Shown piece after piece: positions 57,586 to 64,000 of a stretch of DNA of 64,000 nt; the first letter of the stretch is position 1; every line of letters begins with the position of its first letter. This DNA comes from Malacoraja senta (Eukaryota). The translations under genes and the position numbers were made by a program. The stretch covers positions 124,001-188,000 of the forward strand of contig JAXLNO010002421.1 of assembly GCA_038087875.1 (NCBI GenBank), given 5' to 3'. The notes under the pieces were generated by a model. It was not told where the DNA came from. It was given only the letters and a program-made list of their open reading frames with translations, and searched no databases.

Positions 57586-59560
57586 ATTATAGAAACATAG
57601 AAAAATAGGCACAGGAGCAGGCCATTCGGCCATTCGAGCCAGCACCGCCATTCAATATGATCATGCCTGCATCTAGAATCAGTACCCCATTCCTGCTTTT
57701 AGAAACATAGAAACACAGAAAATAGGTGCAGGAGCAAGCCATTCGGCCCTTCGAGCCTGCACCGCCATTCAATATGATCATGGCTGATCATCCAACTCAG
57801 TATCCTGTACCTGCCTTCTCTCCATACCCCCTGATCCCTTTAGCCACAAGGGCCACATCTAACTCCCTCTTAAATATAGCCAATGAACTGGCCTCAACTA
57901 CATTCTGTGGCAGAGAATTCCAGAGATTCAGCACTCTCTGTGTAAAAAATGTTTTTCTCATCTCAGTCCTAAAAGATTTCCCCTTTATCCTTAAACTGTG
58001 ACCCCTTGTTCTCGACTTCCCCAACATCGGGAACAATCTTCCTGCATCTAGCCTGTCCCTTTTGACCCTTAAGAATTTTGTAAGTTTCTATAAGATCCCC
58101 CTCAATCTTCTACATTCTAGCGAATACAAGCAGAGTGTATCCAGTCTTTCTTCATATGAAAGTCCTGACATCCCAGGAATCAGTCTGGTGAACCTTCTCT
58201 GTACTCCCTCTATGGCAAGAATGTTCTTCCTCAGATTAGGAGACCAAAACTGTAGGCAATACTCCAGGTGTGGTCTCACCAAGACCCTGAACAACTGCAG
58301 TAGAACCTCCCTGCTCCTATACTCAAATCCTTTTGCTATGAATGTTAACATACCATTCGCTTTCTTCACTGCCTGCTGCACCTGCATGCCTACTTTCAAT
58401 GACTGGTGTACCATGACACCCAGGTCTCGTTGCATCTCCCCTTTTCCTAATCGGCCACCATTCAGGTAATAGTCTACTTTCCTGTTTTTGCCACCAAAGT
58501 GGATAACCACACATTTATCCACATTATACTGCACCTGCCATGCATTTGCCCATTCACCTAGCCTATCCAAGTCACCTTGCAGCCTCCTAGCACCCTCCTC
58601 ACAGCTAACACTGCCCCCCAGCTTCGTGTCATCCGCAAACTTGGAGATGTTGCATTCAATTCCCTCGTCCAAATCATTAATATATATTGTAAATAGCTGG
58701 GGTCCCAGCACTGAGCCTTGAGGTACCCCACTAGTCACTGCCTGCCATTCTAAAAAGGACCCGTTTACTCCTACTCTTTGCTTCCTGTCTGCCAGCAAGT
58801 TCTCTATCCACATCAATACTGAACCCCCAATACCCAATACCATGTGCTTTAAGTTTGTATACTAATCACTTATGTTGGATCTTGTCGAAAGCCTTCTGAA
58901 AGTCCAGATATAACACATCCACTGGTTCTGCCTTATCCACTCTACTAGTTACATCCTCGAAAAATTCTATAAGATTCGTCAGACATGATTTACCTTTCAT
59001 AAATCTATGCTGACTTTGTCCAATGATTTCACCATTTTCCTAATGTGCTGCTATCCCATCTTTAATAACTGACTCTAGCAGGTTCCCCACTTCTCTCTCC
59101 CTCCCTTTTCAAAAAGTGTGGTTACATTAGCTACCCTCCAATCCTCAGGAACTACTCCTGAATCTAAAGAGTTTTGAAAAATTATCACTAATGCATCCAC
59201 TATTTCTGGGGCTACTTCCTTAAGTACTCTGGGATGCACTCTATCTGGCCCTGGGGATTTATCGGCCTTTAATCCATTCAATTTACCTAACACCACTTCC
59301 CGGCTAACCTGGATTTCACTCAATTCCTCCATCTCATTTGACCCCCGGTCCCCTGCTCTTTCCGGCAGTTAATTAAGTCTTCCTTAGTGAAGACAGAACC
59401 AATGTAGTTATTCAATTGGTCTGCCATGTCCTTGTTCCACATGATCAATTCACCTGTTTCTGACTGCAAGGGACCTACATTTGTTTTAACTAATCTTTTC
59501 CCCCATATCCCTTGATTCCTTTCGCCTTAAGAGCTAAATCTAACTCTCTCTTGAAAGTAC
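57586..59560 (-). mobile_element. CR1 LINE fragments with a doubled 3' end
   Basis: ORFs 58088-58843 and 59075-59332; two tagaaacatagaaa tails at 57586 and 57700. Confidence 0.9.
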
Positions 59561-60119
59561 TTTGTTTAGATAAGAGCCTTCTTTTCAAGCTTCTTTCTGC
59601 GGTCTTTTAGTTGTGCTTTGCAGGTGCTTTAGTTTGCTCATCTTCTGTCTGCTGAATATGTAACAACTACAAGCTGTGAATAACAAAAAATCCTTGAAAA
59701 CTAACACTGGACTGCAAGTGTGAGTACAAAGCATGTTCTAACGTGTCCCAACTTCAGTCTGAAGTAGGATCCTCACCCGAAATATCTGCCTTCCCATGTT
59801 CTCCAAAGATGCCGCTTGACCCGTTGAGTTCCTTAGCACTTTGTGTGTGGAGGAAAGCAGCCTCTGCTCTTCCTTTCATCTACAATTGTTAAATAGTTCA
59901 ATCCAGACAATTACTTCAATTTTACATTGTTGACTAAATTGAGAAAGAAGGCAATTCAAGGATAAATAACGGCCCATAAATCCATGTGACAGAGAAAGAG
60001 GCCTTTCAGCCTCCTGAGCCCCCTCTAGCCCAGAGAACAAAATTATTCCAACACTAATTTTCCCCAAAACGGATCTTTCTCATTTCTATCAATGCCACAA
60101 ATCCACCTATTTGCAGCGG

Positions 60120-60270
60120 TGGCTTAATCTACTAATTCAGCACATTTTGTTATGTGGGAGGAAACTGGAGAACAAACATTGTCACAGGGAGAATGCTTAT
60201 ACTCCACACAGACTGCACTGGAGATGATTGAACCCGATCACTGGAGCTGTGAGACAGCAGCGCTCTTTGC
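60120..60270 (-). mobile_element. tRNA-SINE fragment
   Basis: Reverse-complement similarity to the SINE at 46905-47160 (gggaggaaactggag, gtcacagggagaa). Confidence 0.6.
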
Positions 60271-60399
60271 TATAAAGCAGTCATAGAGAGAGTTACACAG
60301 CAGGGAAACAAGCCCTTTGGCCCAACTTGTCCATGCTAATCAAGATACCCCATTTAAGCTAGTCCCATTTACCCAGCAATGGGTAGACATCATTCAAAA

Positions 60400-60688
60400 C
60401 GTTTCTCTCTAGATGTCAGCTGCTCTACATCGGTGAGACCAAGTGCAGGCTTGGCGATCGCCTCGCCCAACACCTCCGCTCAGTTCGCAACAACCAACCT
60501 GATCTCCCGGTGGATCAGCACTTCAACTCCCGCCTCCCATTCCAAATCCGACCTTTCTGCCCTCGGCCTCCTCCATGGCCAGAGTGAGGACCACCGTAGA
60601 TTGGAGGAGCAGCACCTCATATTTCGCTTGGGCAGTTTGCACCCCAACGGTATGAACATTGACTTCTTTAATTTCAGGTAGTCCTTAC
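60400..60688 (+). mobile_element. Penelope GIY-YIG C-terminal fragment
   Basis: CQLLYIGETKCRLGDRLAQH...QHFNS / LEEQHLIFRLGSLHPNGMNIDF. Confidence 0.85.
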
Positions 60689-61807
60689 TGTAGATGAGAT
60701 ATGCATGTGCCTTTAACATAGTGACCTCATACCTACTAACCACTCCCCATATCACAAGTATATCTACAACCTCCCCACCCACAGATCGCTCTCTAGTTCC
60801 TGTGACAGACCACGTACAGCTAGTGCTATGTGTAATGCTCCAGTATGAATAAAGATAGTAAAGTAACGACGCCTCGTTATGAAGCCTTTACATGGTGTCA
60901 CATAACTTACCTTGCGCCTCCTGTTTATCGGTTTATCATTTAATTTTGTCCCAGTTTTTTGTTTCCCCCGCCCTCCTGTTTCTTTGTCATGGCCTCTTCT
61001 GCCCGTAAGCCCGATGTGCTCGTTTTTGATTGAGACATCGCCCTTCGATGGGACATATTCAAACGTGACTTTGAACACTATTTCACGATCGCTCATCCTG
61101 ACGCCACCCCCGCTCTCAAAGCCTCCCTGCTTCTCAACTTGGCTGGTCCCGAGGCACTGACTCGCTCCGACTTCTTCGTCTACGCTGCGGGAGAATCAGC
61201 TCGGGACCCGGTATGTCTGTTGGCTAAGTTTGACGCTATTTGTGACATTCCGACTAATTGCATCTTAGAACGTTTTAAACTGTTCGCTGGGGAGTCTGCT
61301 GAGAACTATGTCATTGCGCTGCGGCACCTCGGTAGGCGCTGCCGCCTCCAAGCGTGGAACCCCGATGAGATTATCAGGGACCTACTGGTTTACGGTCTCC
61401 GTGATGAGAAGCTCAGGGCCGAACTTCTGCACAAGCCGGATCTGACTTTGGCCGATGCTATGCATGCTACTCGCTTAGCTGACGCTGTTTCCTCGGCGGT
61501 GCCGCCGGCTGAGCAGGCGATCAACTTTGCCAGCACTCCCAGTCATCTCATGAACACACCCCAGTCGCGACCCCCAGGGTCGCTCGCTGCTCGAGGGGGA
61601 CGCGCCCCGGGGTTCGGTGCTGCTACAAGGGGAGGTACCCAGCAAAGGTGCCCTAATTGCAACTTCACAACTCATCAATTCAATGTGTGCCCTGCTTTGG
61701 GAAAGACTTGCAATGTCTGCAATAAATTGAACCATTTTGCTGCGGCTTGTCGTTCCCGTGGGAAGCCTGTCGCTGCTCGAAGGGGAAATTTAAACAACCT
61801 TCTACAA
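60689..61807 (+). mobile_element. Gypsy LTR retrotransposon 5' part: LTR 60689-60892, PBS 60893-60900, gag 60989-61807
   Basis: TGTA...TACA LTR with AATAAA; PBS tggtgtca; gag with one TGA and two CX2CX4HX4C knuckles; cut by L1. Confidence 0.85.
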
Positions 61808-61809
61808 GC

Positions 61810-61840
<31 letters not shown>

Positions 61841-64000
61841 TTATTTATTAGAAGTACATTACATCACAGCCACATACATTAATACTCGTCATTTATATCT
61901 TCTTACAATTAATGTACTCCCTTTATTTATTTTTTTTACGCTAAAGAAAGAAAAGATTGAAAGAAAGAAGAAAGTGAAGGAAAAAGTGCAAGTGTAGAAA
62001 AGTGTAGAAAATGTAACAACAAAAAAAAAAAAAGGACGAGGACCCTATGAAAGCGAAATTAAAAACAAAAAAAAAAAAGAGTTAAGAAATAGGCCCTAAG
62101 AAAAGAAAAGAGAGAGAGAAAAAAAGAAAAACAAATGTTTTTTTTTTGAGCATCACGTAAATAGGACATACCAACTCTTCAACTATCATCCCCCCTTACC
62201 CGACCTCAATTTTTTATTTTTTTAAAGTACTTTTGCACCCTATGTTTGTAATAATTCTATAAATGCAGACCACGTCAGGTGGAAGTGATCTGGTTTACCT
62301 GCTAGGAGGAGTCTTATCTCTTCAAGGTGTAGTGTTTCAAACATATTTGAAATCCACATATTTATAGTTGGTATTGGAGCCTTCTTCCAAAATTTTAGAA
62401 TTAGCTTTTTTCCAGTTATTAACCCATAATCCATTAATTTCTTTTGAAACACATTTAGTTCTGGATCATCTTCCGTTATTCCGAAGATAATCCATTCTGC
62501 TTTGGGTATCAGTCTTGTTTTAAATAACTTTGTAAAGATTTCAAAAATTTCATTCCAAAATTTTTGAATTTTTGTACAGAAGACAAATGAGTGCGCTATA
62601 GTTGCTTCTTGGGATTGACATTTATCACAAATAGATGATACGTTTGGGAAAATTTTATGAATTTTAGTTTTCGAATAATATAATCTATGTAAAATTTTAA
62701 ATTGTATTAAAGTGTGTCTTACATTAATCGAGCATTTATGTACTTTTAATAAGTATTCATTCCAACTTTCCTTTGAAATTTTAATAGCTAACTCTTGTTC
62801 CCAGTCTCTTCTGATACCCTCCGTAGATGGTATTTGTACATTTAAGATAATATTGTACAAATATGATATTAAGTTTGCTGATTCCGCTTTTGTCTGCATT
62901 GCCTCGTCCAGTACATCTGCTGGGTTATTATGATGATCTTTTATATATTTTTTCAAATAGTCGCATATTTGAAAGTATTTAAAATATTGATTATTTCCGA
63001 GTTTATATTTTATTTGTAATTGTTGAAATGAAAGTAATTTTCCAGTTTCATACAAGTCACCAAGCGTTTTAATTCCTAGTCTATCCCATTGTGTATAAGC
63101 TTTATCTATAATAGAAGGACTAAACGAAGGGTTATTGACTATAGGTAATAAAAGTGATAAGTTTCTTAATTTTAAATTTTGTTTTATTTGTTTCCAAATA
63201 CGGATTGTACTATGAATAATTGGGTTCTTATTATAGTTTATGTTATTCAATTTCATTGGAGAGAGGAGGATCGCTCCAATGTTTCTAGAGGAGCAATCCT
63301 CTTTCTCCATTACAATCCAGTCTACTTGCTGGGCGGAGTTATCCATCAGTTGAATCATGTTTTTAATATTTACTGACCAATAATAATACATAAAATTGGG
63401 TAGTGCTAGACCCCCCAATACTTTAGATTTATTCAGATGGGTTTTTTGTATTCTATGTGATTTATAGTCCCATATAAAATTAGTGATATCTGAGTCGAGT
63501 TTTTTAAAAAACTTCTTAGGTAAGTATATAGGAATTGATTGAAATAGGTATAAAATTTGTGGTAAAAAGATCATTTTTATTGCGTTTATTCGGCCTATTA
63601 AAGACATCGGAAGCGTTTTCCAGAATTTAATTAATGTATTCAGTTTATTAAGTAGGGGGTCAAAATTTGCCCTGAGCATACCTTGATATGCTCTGGTAAT
63701 TTCGATTCCCAAATATTTAAATTTTTCTGTAGCTATTTTAAAAGGGAATTTTAAAAGATGTGTTGAATCTTTCGGTTTTATTGACATAATTTCACTTTTA
63801 TTCCAATTTATTCTATATCCAGAAAAAGATCCGAAGTCTTCAATTAAATTTAATATATTTGGTATAGTGATTTGAGGTTTTGTAATATACAATAATATAT
63901 CATCCGCGTATAAAGATATTTTATTATATGAGTCTTTAGTATTATATCCATGAATATCAGGGTGTATTCTAATTTTTTCTGCTAGCGGTTCAATAATGAG
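61808..64000 (-). mobile_element. L1/Tx1 LINE 3' part, continuing beyond the window; ORF2 open over the visible 550+ aa
   Basis: LYADDILLY near 63900, IGRINAIKM, QFKILHRLYY, CDKC...HSFVFC; poly-A seen as a T run at 61810-61836. Confidence 0.93.

Noticed and set aside
59876-60067. Possible MHC signal-peptide exon
   Set aside because: No in-frame ATG, weak hydrophobic core, no donor at the expected position

Overview
A eukaryotic, transposon-dominated 64-kb window, most likely from a cartilaginous fish (skate/ray). This is inferred from the repeat landscape (CR1 with (CTATGTTT)n tails, palindromic Penelope-terminus repeats, RTE-X, DIRS, Rex1) and from a two-exon GPR139-like receptor. Seven N-gaps limit what can be seen. 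Host-gene content: one apparently intact two-exon class A GPCR (+; 32227-32308 and 34671-35578, 329 aa); an orphan 276-nt MHC class I alpha2 exon with non-classical residues (-; 49784-50059); and a candidate two-exon start of a type II membrane protein (-; 44017-44070 and 43692-43829). Mobile content: a full-length degenerate DIRS1 element with intact ITR/ICR ends, three L1/Tx1 copies, an ERV integrase/env fragment, a three-exon THAP/P-element transposase copy with related fragments, a nearly intact RTE-X with esterase ORF1, two Helitron derivatives, Harbinger MITEs, a Charlie-type hAT, a Gypsy LTR+gag, and many CR1, Rex1, Penelope and SINE pieces. Most notable observations: 36-37-bp P-element terminal remnants with 8-bp target duplications that look like excision footprints; minimal hammerhead-ribozyme cores inside the GPCR intron; a triple RFX/CRE/CCAAT cluster just after the GPCR stop codon; and the non-classical MHC exon. 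All family assignments come from motifs read by eye; no database search was run.
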